From the NCBI GenBank assembly GCA_965221165.1, contig CBDCRP010000003.1, positions 32,001 through 96,000 of the forward strand: a DNA stretch of 64,000 nt. Reading direction: 5' to 3'. Made by a program: the position numbers and the translations under genes. This DNA comes from a bacterium (GTDB taxonomy: Bacteria > UBA8248). How positions within the stretch are numbered: position 1 is the stretch's first letter; every line of letters begins with the position of its first letter. This document shows positions 1 through 10,415 of this stretch, in pieces. A model generated the notes under the pieces. That model was not told where the DNA came from and made no database searches. It saw only the letters and a list, made by a program, of their open reading frames with translations.

Positions 1-45
1 GATAGATGAGTCATGGCGAACGATACAAAAGTAGGGGAGTGAAAA

Positions 46-1401
46 ATGAGTGAACCTTGGCGTTTAAGCCTCTCTGATGGGCTGAGAAAAATCGAGGAAG
101 GCGGCTTGTCCTCTTCTGAATGGACGCGCTCTTTGCTGGAGCGGATCGATGCGCTCGATGGAAAACTCCTGGCGTGGGCGCACGTGGACAGGGAGGGCGC
201 GCTGGCCGGGGCAAAGGCGATTGATGAGCGCATCGCCGACGGGCAGGGGAGTGGCGCGCTCGGGGGCGCCGCCATCGGCTTTAAGGACATCGTGGACGTC
301 GTCGGTCTGCCGCGTGAGGCGAACTCTCCTCTGCTCAAAGGCTATATAGCGGATGAGGACGCCACCGTCACGACGCGCTTAAAAAATGCGGGCGCGCTTT
401 GCCTCGGCAAGACGGTCACCACGCAGTTCGCCACATCCGATCCCTCGGAAACGCGAAATCCATGGAATTTCAAGAGAAGCCCCGGAGGCTCGAGCAGCGG
501 CTCCGCAGCCGCCGTTGCCACGGGAATGGTCCCGGCAGCCCTGGGCAGCCAGACGGGCGGTTCGACCTTGCGGCCTTCTGCGTTTTGCGGGGTAGTGGGG
601 CTCAAGCCCACCTATGGCCGGATACCGAGAAGCGGGCTGATTACTGTGTCGTGGAATCTGGACCACGTGGGCGTCATTACAAGGTGCGCCGAGGATGCGG
701 CGCGCGTTCTCACGGCCATCTCAGGCGCGGATGGGCTTGACGCCCAAGCGCCCGACGTCGCCGTGCCCGATTACGCCCAAGCCTCAGCACCGGCAAAACC
801 GAAGCGGGCGTGTTTCTGGAAAGAGGATCTCCTCCCCCACGCGAGCGAAGAAGTAGCCGGACGCATCGAGGAGTGCGTCGCGAGCTTGAAAGCTAGCGGA
901 GTAGATGTTGCAGAAGCAAAACTACCCGTAGACGTGGACGAAATGCACGCGGCGCACCGGATCATCATGCGCGTGGAGGCGGCCGCCTATCACGACAAGA
1001 TGTTTCTGGAGAATCAAGACGCCTATGCTTCCCAGATTCGAAAAAATATCTCCACGGGCCTCATGACGCCTGCGGTTCACTACGTGAACGCCCTGCGCTT
1101 TCGCGCCCGCTTCATTCAGCGGATGGAGGATTTTTCCAGAAACTTCGACCTCGTCATCTTGCCCTCCCAGGTGGAGCGCCCCCCCATCGCCGAGGAGTCC
1201 ACCGGAAACGCCCTGTTCAACGAGCCCTTCACGCAAATCGGGTTTCCGGCGGTCAGCCTCCCGGTGGGCCGGGGGGATGAGAACCTGCCCATCGGGATTC
1301 AACTGGGCGGACGCCGTTTCGGTGAGGCCGCTCTTCTCTCCGCCGCCCGCTGGTGCGAGGCGGAACTGGGCTGGGCCTCTGAATTTCCGGATATCGGATA
1401 A
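46..1401 (+). CDS. Amidase signature family protein (GatA-like)
   Basis: Catalytic Lys in FKDIVD, GGSSSGSAAAVA and GSQTGGSTLRPSAFCG amidase signature; SD GGGGAG upstream. Confidence 0.9.
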   Translation: MSEPWRLSLSDGLRKIEEGGLSSSEWTRSLLERIDALDGKLLAWAHVDREGALAGAKAIDERIADGQGSGALGGAAIGFKDIVDVVGLPREANSPLLKGYIADEDATVTTRLKNAGALCLGKTVTTQFATSDPSETRNPWNFKRSPGGSSSGSAAAVATGMVPAALGSQTGGSTLRPSAFCGVVGLKPTYGRIPRSGLITVSWNLDHVGVITRCAEDAARVLTAISGADGLDAQAPDVAVPDYAQASAPAKPKRACFWKEDLLPHASEEVAGRIEECVASLKASGVDVAEAKLPVDVDEMHAAHRIIMRVEAAAYHDKMFLENQDAYASQIRKNISTGLMTPAVHYVNALRFRARFIQRMEDFSRNFDLVILPSQVERPPIAEESTGNALFNEPFTQIGFPAVSLPVGRGDENLPIGIQLGGRRFGEAALLSAARWCEAELGWASEFPDIG

Positions 1402-1591
1402 GGAGATTCATGCCGTTTTCGAGGCCCATCCGTACGGTTTGGTTTTTGTCGCAAAACGGTGATGTTTCTTGATTTAACCGTCCGGTATGATTTAAGATTT
1501 TTCCATACGGTATTTTGATTTCATACATTGTTGTATGGGCGATGCCGAAGGAGCAGTTTATTTATTTGTTCCTCCCGACATTCGGCCAGGA

Positions 1592-2095
1592 ATGAACCGA
1601 GCGTTTATGTTCAAGACGACTAAGATAGGGCACGTCGGATTCTGGACGAAAGATCTTGCCCGAATGGAGGATTTTTACACCCGGGTGCTGGGTTTCAAGG
1701 TAACGAGCAGAAGCGGCCCGGGAGCAATGGCGCCGGGAGGCGCCTCTGTATTTTTGCGCTGCAATATCACCCATCATGAGGTCGTATTCTTTCAGGCCCC
1801 GGAAGATGCCTCGGGGCTCTATCCCGAATCAGGTAATTCCATGGCGGAGACCAAGCCGGGTTTTCAGCATCTGGCCTTCGAAGTGCTGAACCGGGGAGAG
1901 TGGCTCAAGGCGCTTCGGCATGTGAAAGAGTGCGGCGTCAAGATTGAATACGGCCCTTTGGTGCATGGTCCCGAGGGAGACGGGTTCGAGCAGGGCAGCG
2001 GCAACCGCGCTTTTTATTTCTGCGACCCGGACGGCAACTACATCGAGTTGTATTGCGATATCGACACGTTTCGTGAAGAAGAGGAAAGTTCTTGA
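1592..2095 (+). CDS. VOC/glyoxalase family protein (catechol dioxygenase-like)
   Basis: IGHVG...FYTRVLGF...HHE...QHLAF...YFCDPDGNYIEL; His/His/Glu metal ligands; start at 1592 or 1607. Confidence 0.85.
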   Translation: MNRAFMFKTTKIGHVGFWTKDLARMEDFYTRVLGFKVTSRSGPGAMAPGGASVFLRCNITHHEVVFFQAPEDASGLYPESGNSMAETKPGFQHLAFEVLNRGEWLKALRHVKECGVKIEYGPLVHGPEGDGFEQGSGNRAFYFCDPDGNYIELYCDIDTFREEEESS

Positions 2096-2168
2096 TTCCC
2101 GTTATTGTACGTAGATTCTGGGAATCGTTTTATTTCGTGCATTACTATTCACCAAGGAGGAAAGTCAG

Positions 2169-2222
2169 ATGAAGTACCTGAAAAACGCTGCGCCTCTGGA
2201 AGCGGAATCTACCGAGGGATAA
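2169..2222 (+). other. 17-codon ORF MKYLKNAAPLEAESTEG* behind a perfect SD (gene remnant or small protein)
   Basis: AAGGAGG at 2154-2160, 8 nt before ATG 2169; TAA at 2220-2222. Confidence 0.3.
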
Positions 2223-2371
2223 CGCCAAGTGGAGAGGTATGCCCCTAGACGCTGATGCCTCCTGCTGAAATTCTGCTTCGGGGGCGTGAAGACTTTCCCG
2301 AATCGGATATACGCTTTGGGTCGATGCGCAGGCTATATCAAGGTGACGGCGCCCGGGAAAATCCCCACCAT

Positions 2372-3121
2372 CTAGGCCAGAAAGAAACCCCCGTTCACGT
2401 CGATGGTGACGCCGGTGACGTGGCGCGCGTCGTCCGAGGCGAGAAAGGCGACGACGCCCGCGATGTCCTCGGGCGCGGCGATGCGTCCGAGCGGCGTGGC
2501 GGCTTCTGTTTTTCGCCTTTGCGCATCGTTCATTTGCTCAAGGATGCGCTCGGTGCCGACGACGCCCGGGGCGATGGCGTTCACGTTGATGTTGTGGGGG
2601 CCGAACTCGCGCGCCAGATGGCGCGTGAGGCCGATGACGGCGGCCTTGGCGCTCGAGTAGTGCGGCCCCTGGAGCACGCTGGCCGAGCGGCCCGCCACGG
2701 AGGAGAAATTGACGATTTTGCCCGCCCTCTGCTCCTGCATGTGGGGCAGCACCGCCCAGCAGGCGCGGTAGGTGGTCTTCACGTTCATGTCGAACATCTT
2801 ATCGAACGCCTCCTCGTCGATTTCCAGCGCCGAGAGGGGAAGCCCTCCTCCGACGCAGTTGACGAGGCCATCAATTGGCCCGTGCGTCGAAATCGCCTCC
2901 TGAAAGACTCGTTTCACGTCTTCAGAGTCGAATGCGTCGAAGGCCGTAGCGTTCGCACTGCCAACGCCGCATTCTTTGATGCGCCTCGCGGTATCCTCGC
3001 GCGAGTCGGCGATGTCCATACAGACGACGTGCGCGCCCTCGCGCGCGAGCCTGAGCGCGCTCGCTTGTCCGATACCTCCTCCCGCGCCCGTAACGATGAT
3101 GGTCTTGTTCTCGAAACGCAT
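2372..3121 (-). CDS. Short-chain dehydrogenase/reductase (FabG-like)
   Basis: TGAGGGIG Rossmann motif, YSSAK catalytic motif, VNGG C-terminus. Confidence 0.9.
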   Translation of the reverse strand: MRFENKTIIVTGAGGGIGQASALRLAREGAHVVCMDIADSREDTARRIKECGVGSANATAFDAFDSEDVKRVFQEAISTHGPIDGLVNCVGGGLPLSALEIDEEAFDKMFDMNVKTTYRACWAVLPHMQEQRAGKIVNFSSVAGRSASVLQGPHYSSAKAAVIGLTRHLAREFGPHNINVNAIAPGVVGTERILEQMNDAQRRKTEAATPLGRIAAPEDIAGVVAFLASDDARHVTGVTIDVNGGFFLA

Positions 3122-3310
3122 GTCATTTCTCCTCTGGATGAGGCCGCATCCTAGCCCAGGTTGAAAAAATTGTCTCGCTAGGTTGGAGCGCTTCTCAGGC
3201 CGTGAATAAGATGGTAGTTTGGGAGTTCTATGAGACGATAATACCGCTCGAGAAAGGGGGGATCGGTGTCAAGACCACGTATTCAGCAAGAAGACGAAGG
3301 ATGAGGTGAC

Positions 3311-4349
3311 ATGAAATTCTCGATTTTTTACGTGATTTGTCCCGAGGGAGACGAATCAGAAGCCGACGCCTACCAGAAGGTAATGGAGCAATGCCAGGCG
3401 GCGGATGAACTCGGTTATCACTGCGCCTGGTTCGCGGAGCATCATTTCTCAAAGGTAGGTATCTGCCCGGATCCCTTGCTGTGGTGTGCAGCGCTGGCGC
3501 AGAAGACCCAAAACATCCGCCTGGGCACGGCGATCTCCATCATGCCCTTCCACAATCCGGTGCGTCTGGCCGAGCAGGCGGCGGTGGTCGATCTGCTTAG
3601 CGGCGGACGGCTGGAACTGGGCGTGGGCCGGGGTTCTCAGCCCAAGGAGTTCAAGGCGTTCGGCATGAAACCCTCTGAGAGCAGAAAGCGCCTCGTAGAA
3701 GGCATGGAGATCGTCTCGAGGCTCCTGGAAGGCGAAGAAGTGACCTTCGAGGGCGAGTATTACCAGTGCAAGGACGTGCAGATTTCCCCCCGACCCATCC
3801 AAAAGCCGAGGCCGCCCATCTGGCTCGCCGGAACGAGTCCCGAGACCTACACCTACGCGGGCGAGAACGGGTTCAAGATCATGGCCTCGGCGGGCTTCAA
3901 GGGTCCCCAGGTCTACCGCGAGAAGATGAAGCTCTACGAGGTAGGCCGTGGCGGCGGCCGGGGGAGATACCTCCGACATCGACTACACCATGACGCATCG
4001 CTTCTACGTCTGTGAGGACAACGAGCAGGCCGATTATCTGGAAAATTTTGAAAAAGGGCTTTCCTCCTACCTCGAATACCGCGCCAGGGTGAACGAGGTG
4101 GAGTTCACGGACGAGGAGGGCAGGCACCTGCAGCGCAACTGGAGCTACCAACTCGACGCGCGCGAGTTTTTAAAAGGCGGCGGCGTCATCGGCTCCGCGA
4201 AAGAGAATATTCAGGAACTCTATCGCCTGAGGGATGATTTCGGGCTGAACCACGTGATTCTCGGCGTTTACGGCGACGGGATGAAACACGAGGAGTCTCT
4301 CAAACTTCTGGAGAGATTCGCCAAAGAGGTCGCGCCCGCGATGGCCTGA
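3311..4349 (+). CDS. LLM-class (luciferase-like) flavin-dependent oxidoreductase, with a one-base frameshift near 3942
   Basis: WFAEHHF, PVRLAEQAAVVDLLSGGRLELGVGRG; C-terminus (LERFAKEVAPA) continues in ORF 3948..4349; removing one base in GAGGTAGGCC rejoins the two parts. Confidence 0.85.
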
Positions 4350-4411
4350 CGCGCCGCTCACCCGGTGCGCCCCACGCCCACGCGAGCGCCAAGGCTTGGG
4401 AGGGTATCCGC

Positions 4412-4837
4412 ATGAGTTACGTGTTCGATTGGGACGACGGCGAAAAGATCGAGATGGAAGACATCGAATTGCCCCGGGGCTGGCGCATCCTCATCGACCC
4501 CCGGAATACGAAATCCCGGATGCTCAGCATGGGGAATCAGGACATCCCCGTCGGTGGCGGCATCCCCGTCCATCTTCATGAAAAAGAAGAAGAAATCCTC
4601 TTCTTCCACGAAGGAGAAGCCGAGGTGGAGGTGGACGGCGAGGTTCACCACGTCAAGGCGGGCATGACCGCCTTTCTGCCCGTGGGCGTGACGCATGGCT
4701 TAAGGAACACGGGCGACGTTCCCCTGAAACTCCTCTGGATGTTCTCACCCCCGGGATACGAGGAAATTTTCCGCCACATGGCGGGCATCGACACGGACCA
4801 CGGCAAGTACGAAGAACTGCATCCGAGGCAGGTGTAG
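4412..4837 (+). CDS. Cupin domain protein
   Basis: PVHLHEKEEEILFFHEG and PVGVTHGLRNTG cupin motifs. Confidence 0.85.
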   Translation: MSYVFDWDDGEKIEMEDIELPRGWRILIDPRNTKSRMLSMGNQDIPVGGGIPVHLHEKEEEILFFHEGEAEVEVDGEVHHVKAGMTAFLPVGVTHGLRNTGDVPLKLLWMFSPPGYEEIFRHMAGIDTDHGKYEELHPRQV

Positions 4838-5085
4838 GCCAACACAGACGTAACAGGGGGTATGATGCGAGTGGGGAGCGTTCTGCCTTCCTGCATCATC
4901 TCTTCAAATCGATCTTCTCGATCCAGTAATACTGCGAAGAGCGTGCTTAGGCCTGAGGGCGTTACGGAGACGAGTTCGGCCGTCGAATCCTTGACGCCGC
5001 GCATGCTGCCCAATTGCTGATAGATGCGAATGTGAAATTCCTCAGGCGGGAACTTCGCGCCAATCCGTTGTCCCGACTTTCAGCT

Positions 5086-5920
5086 TTACGCCTGCGCGAT
5101 GGGCGTATCCTCCCGGTTGCCCCACTCCTTCCAGGAACTCATGTAGTTTCTGACTTTGGGGTAATCCAGAAGTCTCAGGGCGAAATAACCGTGCGCCGCA
5201 CGGTAGCCCGTCTGTCAGTAGGCCGTCACTTCTTTTTCGGGCGTGATCCCGATGGCCTCGAACTGCGCACGAAGCTCGTCCGCAGGCTTCATCTCGCCCT
5301 CGGGCGTCAGGTGCTGGAGCCACTCCTGCCAGACGGCGCCGGGGATGATTCCGCTCCGCTTGGCGCGCATGCTCCGCCCCTCCCATTCCTCTATCGAGCG
5401 GGTGTCGAGCAGCATGTGGTTATCATCCTCGATGGCCGCCATCACGTCCTCGCGCGTGGCGAGGCGATGCGGCTCGAACGCCATTTCGAAAGAAGCGGCC
5501 CGGGGCGCTTCGGCGTCGCGCGTCGTCTCGAAGCCCGCCCGCTCCCATGCGCCGTAGCCGCCGTCGAGCACGTGGACGTCCTTATGGCCGAAAAGCTCCA
5601 GCATCCAGAAGCCGCGCACGCTCGTGTTGCCGACGAAGTCGTCGTAGAAGACGATGGTGTTCTCGAACGACACCCCCCGGTTTCCCAGCAGAAACGCCCA
5701 CATGCTGAAGAAATTCCTCAAGCGGGGCCTCGTCCGAATCGTCGCTGTTCACGCCGTAGACGTCGAAGTGGCGCGCGCCGGGGATGTGGCCCATCGTGTA
5801 GCGCTCGCCGGGGCGCGTGTCGATGATTCTTAAATTCTGGTCGTCCATGCGCTCTTTGAGTTCTTCGGCCGACCAGAGCAGATCGGGATTCGCATAACCT
5901 TTTGGACTGTCGCTCGACAT
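5086..5920 (-). CDS. Tandem-domain rhodanese/sulfurtransferase; probable selenoprotein (TGA 5215-5217 at the catalytic Cys); one frameshift near 5720
   Basis: IIDTRP..Y..GHIPGA, VLDGG, LLDTRS.EEW, GIIPGA; reading through the TGA gives [45 protein letters not shown] (TAA 5086-5088), which includes the C-terminal rhodanese signature. Confidence 0.85.
5176..5214 (-). promoter_or_regulatory. Bacterial SECIS-like hairpin immediately 3' of the in-frame UGA
   Basis: Perfect 7-bp stem ACCGUGC/GCACGGU with loop GGC starting 18 nt after UGA; lower pairing GGGC/GCCC and CAG/CUG. Confidence 0.75.
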
Positions 5921-5935
5921 GGTGTTCTCCTCCGT

Positions 5936-6683
5936 CTAATCCGTCCAGAAACCGCCGTTCACGTCCACGGCTTCTCCGTTGATGTGGGCGGCCTCCTCGC
6001 TCGTTAGGAACAAGACGGTGTGCCACACGTCCTCGGGCGTCGTGAGCCTGCCCATCGGATGGGCGTTCGCGGCGTTCACCAGCATCTCGGGCGGAGACTG
6101 GAAGTGAAGGCCCGTATCGGCCGGGCCCGGCTGTATGGTGTTGATCGTTACGCCCGTCTTGGCGAGTTCGCGCGCCAGGTTGAACGTCATGGCGAGCAGG
6201 CCCGCCTTGGCGGCGGCGTAGGTGAGATTCGGGCCGATGCCCCCCATTTTACCCGCGATGGAGGCGAAACTGATGATGCGCCCCGTGCCAGAGGCCTTGA
6301 GCGCCTCGATGGTCTCCTGGATACAAAAATAAGGCGCCAGCAGGTTCACGCCGAGCACCACCTCCCAGTCCTCTTCTTCGAGTTCGAGGGGAGGGCGAAT
6401 CGGCATGTAGCCGGCCACGTTGGCCAGCACGTCGCAGCCGCCCAGCCACTCGAGAGCCGTGCGCATGGTGGTGCGAATGGCGTCCACGTCGGCCAGATCG
6501 CAGGGGAGCTTGAAGAGTTGATCGGATGGGCCGTCGATGGCGTCGAAGGCCTCGCCTTCCCTGTCGGTGGCGAAAACCTTGGCGCCGGCCTCCAGGTATC
6601 CTTGCAGGATGCGGCTTCCCATGGCGCCCGCAGCACCCGTGAGGATGACCTTTCGGCCCTGGAAAGTCAAAATGAATGGACAT
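5936..6683 (-). CDS. Short-chain dehydrogenase/reductase; true start probably ATG 6683 with a one-base frameshift near 6664
   Basis: TGAAGAMG, YAAAK, VNGG; GGAG SD precedes ATG-TCC-ATT-CAT-TTT-GAC, giving MSIHFDFQGRKVILTG if one base is removed. Confidence 0.85.
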
Positions 6684-6837
6684 CGCGTTACTCCAACTCT
6701 GGGTTTTTGGTATGAACGGAAAGTCCCTCTTCAGCTTCTCGATGGGCGGATAATACACCACAAAACGAAGGGGAGGAAGCGGGAGGGGCTATTTCCCGAA
6801 ATGCCATGAGGGGCCTTTTTCGTCGATTTTTGGGGGT

Positions 6838-6865
6838 TTTACTTTGCCCCTGGAGTTGCTATGAT
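6838..6865 (+). promoter_or_regulatory. Putative sigma70 promoter for the Mo-hydroxylase genes
   Basis: TTTACT-N16-TATGAT with extended -10 TG. Confidence 0.35.
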
Positions 6866-7025
6866 AGGCTCATCGAATGCAAGGAAGGCGACATCGCGTT
6901 CTGTCGAATCCGGGGGATTGCGATGTGATCGATGTAGTATACCTATCCAATAATCAAGCAAAGGATAAGAACATAAAAGCGCCCTGCGGCATGCGCTTCG
7001 ATGCCGCAAACGAGTGGAGGTTGTG

Positions 7026-9311
7026 ATGGCTGAACTCTCATACGTCGGAAAAAGCGTGCCTCGCGTCGATGGACCGGAAAAGGTGACGGGCCGGGCCATG
7101 TACACCCTGGACCTCCAGTTGCCCAAAATGCTTCACGGGAAGCTGCTGGGAAGTCCCCTGCCGCACGCGCGAATCAAGAACATCGACACCAGCCGCGCCG
7201 AGAGGCTACCCGGCGTCAAACTCGTGATGACGTCCAAGGACATCCCCGAGGAAGTGGAATGGGGCGTCGTACCCGTTTGCTACGATCAGCGTCCCCTCGC
7301 CTCGGACAAGGTGCGACACGTGGGCGACTCGGTGGCCGCCGTTGTGGCGACGTCTGAAGACATCGCGAAAGAGGCGCTCGACTTGATCGACGTCGACTAC
7401 GAGGATCTTCCCGCCGTCTTCGATCCGCACGAGGCGATGCAAGAGGGCGCCCCCATCCTCCATGACAGATACCCGAACAACATCGCCTTCACCAAGCACA
7501 TGGAATTCGGCGACGTGGACCGCATGTTCGACGAAGCCCACCACGTGAGCGAGCTGGCCACCACCTCCTCGCGCCAGATGCACGGGTCATTCGAGATGCA
7601 CGTCTCCATCGCCGAGTGGTCGCAAAAGGGCGACGTGACGGTCTACAACTCCTCGCAGTGCCCGAGCCTTTCGAGCCAGTATTTCTCCAAACTCCTCAAG
7701 ATTCCAGAGGCCCAGATTCGCGTGATCACGAACTACGTGGGCGGGGGGTTCGGCGGAAAGGCGACGAGTAAGTTCAACATCGATTTCCTCTCCATCATCG
7801 CGGCGAAAAAGCTGGGTCTTCCCGTGAAATTCTACTATGACCGCGAAGAGGAGTTCCTTCTCGGCACCCACCGGACGAAGCAGTTCCACGTCTGGCGCAT
7901 CGCCACGGACAAGGACGGCATGCTCCTGGCGCGCGACACCCGGATGGTGGTGGAAAACGGCGGCTATTCCGATTACGGCCCGGCGGTCGGCGGCATCACC
8001 GCGCACATGGGCGGGAGCATCTACAACTACAAGGCCTATCGCCACCACGCCGACGTCGTCTGCACGAACGTGCCGCCCGGCGGCGCGATGCGCGGCATAG
8101 GCAACGGCGGCTATTCCTTTGGTTCGGAACTCGCGATGGAGAAACACGCCGAGGAAATCGGCATGGACCCGGCGGAGTTTCGCATCAAGAACTTCGTGAG
8201 GAAGGGCGACACCACCATCATCGGGGCCAAGATCACGAGTTGCGGTGTTTCCGAGTGCGTACAGGAAGCGGTCAAGCGCGTGCCCTGGCGTCAGGAACAA
8301 CCGAGCAGCAACGGGAAAAAGCGCGGCTTCGGGCTGGCCGCGGCGGTCCATTTCACCGGCGCGCGCGCAATGGGACCGGAGACGGCGGGCGCGTTCATCA
8401 AGATGAACAAGGACGGCACCGTGCAGTTGCTCTCGGGCACCATCGAGATGGGCAACGGCTCGGACACCACGCTCGCGCAGATTTGCGCCGAAGCGTTGGG
8501 TGTGCGCGTGGAGGACGTGCGGATCATCAACGGGGATACCGCGGTGAACCCCTACGGATGGGGCGTGCGGGGAAGCCGGACGACGACCATCGACGGCGAG
8601 GCTACGCGCCTGGCGTCGGTCCAGGCGAAGAACCTGCTCTTCAAGGGCGCTGCGGAACTGCTCGAGTGCGACCCGAACGACCTGGACGCTCGTGAGGGCA
8701 AGATTTTCGTCACCAGTTCTCCCGAGAGGCAGGTGACCCACAGCGAAGCCTACATGAAAATATACGAGAAAGAGGGTAGCGAGGCCGTCTACACGGCGTC
8801 TTCGTACGACTCGCCGAGCGAGACGCCCGACCCCGTAACGGGCTATGGAAACTGGTCTGCGGCCTATGCCTACGGCGCCAAGGTGGCGGAGGTGGAAGTG
8901 GACACCGAAACAGGCGCGTTCGAGGTCTTGCGGGTCATCAGCACGAACGACGTGGGAACCATCGTGAACCCAGCCGGCGCGCAGGGCCAACTGGACGGCG
9001 GCGTGCTGATGGGCGTGGGCTACGCCATGATGGAGGATTTCGAGGTCGAAGACGGCCAGCCCGTGAACGCGAACTGGCTCGACTACAAGCTGCCGACGAC
9101 GCAGGATTTGCCCGAACTCGAAGCGGTGCTCATCGAGACGGAAAATCCCTCGGGGCCTTATGGGGCGAAAGGGCTGGGCGAGATGGCGCAGTTGGGAACG
9201 TCGGCGGCGATAGGGAACGCGATCTATGACGCCGTGGGCGTGCGGATCACGTCGCTGCCGATAACGCCCGAAAAAGTGCTGGCCGCATTGAACGAGAAAA
9301 ACGGCGACTAA
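7026..9311 (+). CDS. Xanthine dehydrogenase family molybdopterin-binding large subunit
   Basis: VGKSVPRVDG.EKVTG, VGGGFGGK, AMRGIG, EMGNGS, GSRTT, GAKGLGE motifs; SD GGAGG at 7016-7020. Confidence 0.92.
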   Translation: MAELSYVGKSVPRVDGPEKVTGRAMYTLDLQLPKMLHGKLLGSPLPHARIKNIDTSRAERLPGVKLVMTSKDIPEEVEWGVVPVCYDQRPLASDKVRHVGDSVAAVVATSEDIAKEALDLIDVDYEDLPAVFDPHEAMQEGAPILHDRYPNNIAFTKHMEFGDVDRMFDEAHHVSELATTSSRQMHGSFEMHVSIAEWSQKGDVTVYNSSQCPSLSSQYFSKLLKIPEAQIRVITNYVGGGFGGKATSKFNIDFLSIIAAKKLGLPVKFYYDREEEFLLGTHRTKQFHVWRIATDKDGMLLARDTRMVVENGGYSDYGPAVGGITAHMGGSIYNYKAYRHHADVVCTNVPPGGAMRGIGNGGYSFGSELAMEKHAEEIGMDPAEFRIKNFVRKGDTTIIGAKITSCGVSECVQEAVKRVPWRQEQPSSNGKKRGFGLAAAVHFTGARAMGPETAGAFIKMNKDGTVQLLSGTIEMGNGSDTTLAQICAEALGVRVEDVRIINGDTAVNPYGWGVRGSRTTTIDGEATRLASVQAKNLLFKGAAELLECDPNDLDAREGKIFVTSSPERQVTHSEAYMKIYEKEGSEAVYTASSYDSPSETPDPVTGYGNWSAAYAYGAKVAEVEVDTETGAFEVLRVISTNDVGTIVNPAGAQGQLDGGVLMGVGYAMMEDFEVEDGQPVNANWLDYKLPTTQDLPELEAVLIETENPSGPYGAKGLGEMAQLGTSAAIGNAIYDAVGVRITSLPITPEKVLAALNEKNGD

Positions 9312-9329
9312 CGAGGAGAGGGGATAACA

Positions 9330-10196
9330 ATGGCTTTTCGGCATCTATCCGCGAACAGCGCGGAGGAAACGCTCGCCGCCATGAAGGAGCACGGCGAGGA
9401 CGGGAAAGTGTTCGCCGGCGGCGTGGCCCTCTCGATTCTCATGAAATCGCGGGTGTACGAACCCGAGGTTTTGATAGACATCGCGGGCGCGGGGGACCTT
9501 GATTTCATCGAAGGAACCGAAAACGGAGGCGTCCGTATCGGGGCGAAGACGGTGCACCGCAAAATCGAACTCTCCCCACTCGTTCAGGAACGCTTCCCGC
9601 TGCTTGCGGAGATATTTCACAACGTGGCGACGATTCGCATCCGAAACCAGGGGACGGTGGGCGGCAACCTGTGCTTTGCGGAACCGGCATCGGATCCGCC
9701 GGGCGCTTTTTTGGCCCTTGAGGCCCGCATGAACACCAGGAAGGCGGACGGATCGGAGCGCGTGATTCCCGCGACGGAGTTCTGGACGGGATATTACGAG
9801 TGCGCCCTGGATGAGGATGAGTTGTTGTGCTCGATCGAGGTCGACCCGCTGCCCGATGGCTTCCGGACGGCCTGCACGCGCTTCACCACGCGCTCGAAAG
9901 AGGATAAGCCCTGCGTATCCGTCTCCACCGCGGTGCTCACCGAAGAAGACGGCAAAACGGCCAAAGAGGTGCGAATCGGCCTGGGCGGCGTGGAGGCCGT
10001 GTTCAGACGCCTCAGGGCGGCGGAAGAAGGCCTGCGAGGCAAGGAACTCACCCAGGAGAACATCGACGCCGTGCTCTCAGACGCGCTCGATGACCTGGAG
10101 CCTCTGACCGATATCCGCGCGAGCGGCGACTACAGAAGGCAGGTGACGCCCGTCTTGATCAGGCGAACCATTCTGAAGGCGTTGGGCGCATCCTGA
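9330..10196 (+). CDS. Xanthine dehydrogenase family FAD-binding medium subunit (CoxM/CutM-like)
   Basis: AGGVAL, IRNQGTVGGN, DIRASGDYR. Confidence 0.92.
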   Translation: MAFRHLSANSAEETLAAMKEHGEDGKVFAGGVALSILMKSRVYEPEVLIDIAGAGDLDFIEGTENGGVRIGAKTVHRKIELSPLVQERFPLLAEIFHNVATIRIRNQGTVGGNLCFAEPASDPPGAFLALEARMNTRKADGSERVIPATEFWTGYYECALDEDELLCSIEVDPLPDGFRTACTRFTTRSKEDKPCVSVSTAVLTEEDGKTAKEVRIGLGGVEAVFRRLRAAEEGLRGKELTQENIDAVLSDALDDLEPLTDIRASGDYRRQVTPVLIRRTILKALGAS

Positions 10197-10415
10197 CCTG
10201 AGGGCTTGGGTTTGTTACTCGAATTGGGGTTGATTGAGCAAGCTACGCCCACATAAAAATATGTTTCACCACGTCCGCGGATAAGGATGAGCGAGGCATC
10301 CTTTCGATTATTCGCTCCACAAGGGATACTTAATACTCGAAGAGGTCGTTTTCGTGAAACCGCCTCTTCAGTTGCAGGATGCTGCTTGTCGAACTTCAGA
10401 CGGTGGGACAGAGAT

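Noticed and set aside
4838-5085. Minus-strand open stretch (…EEFHIRIYQQLGSMRGVKD…) between the cupin and rhodanese genes
   Set aside because: No SD or credible start, it runs into the cupin gene antisense, and no family is recognised; at most a gene fragment.
7026-9311. Aerobic CO dehydrogenase (coxL form I)
   Set aside because: The active-site loop is AMRGIG, not AYxCSFR.
7587-9344. 585-aa antisense ORF, and similar long shadow ORFs such as 43719..45104, 48518..49741 and 38210..39274
   Set aside because: These lie opposite well-supported genes and are an expected by-product of high-GC codon bias; they have no motifs.
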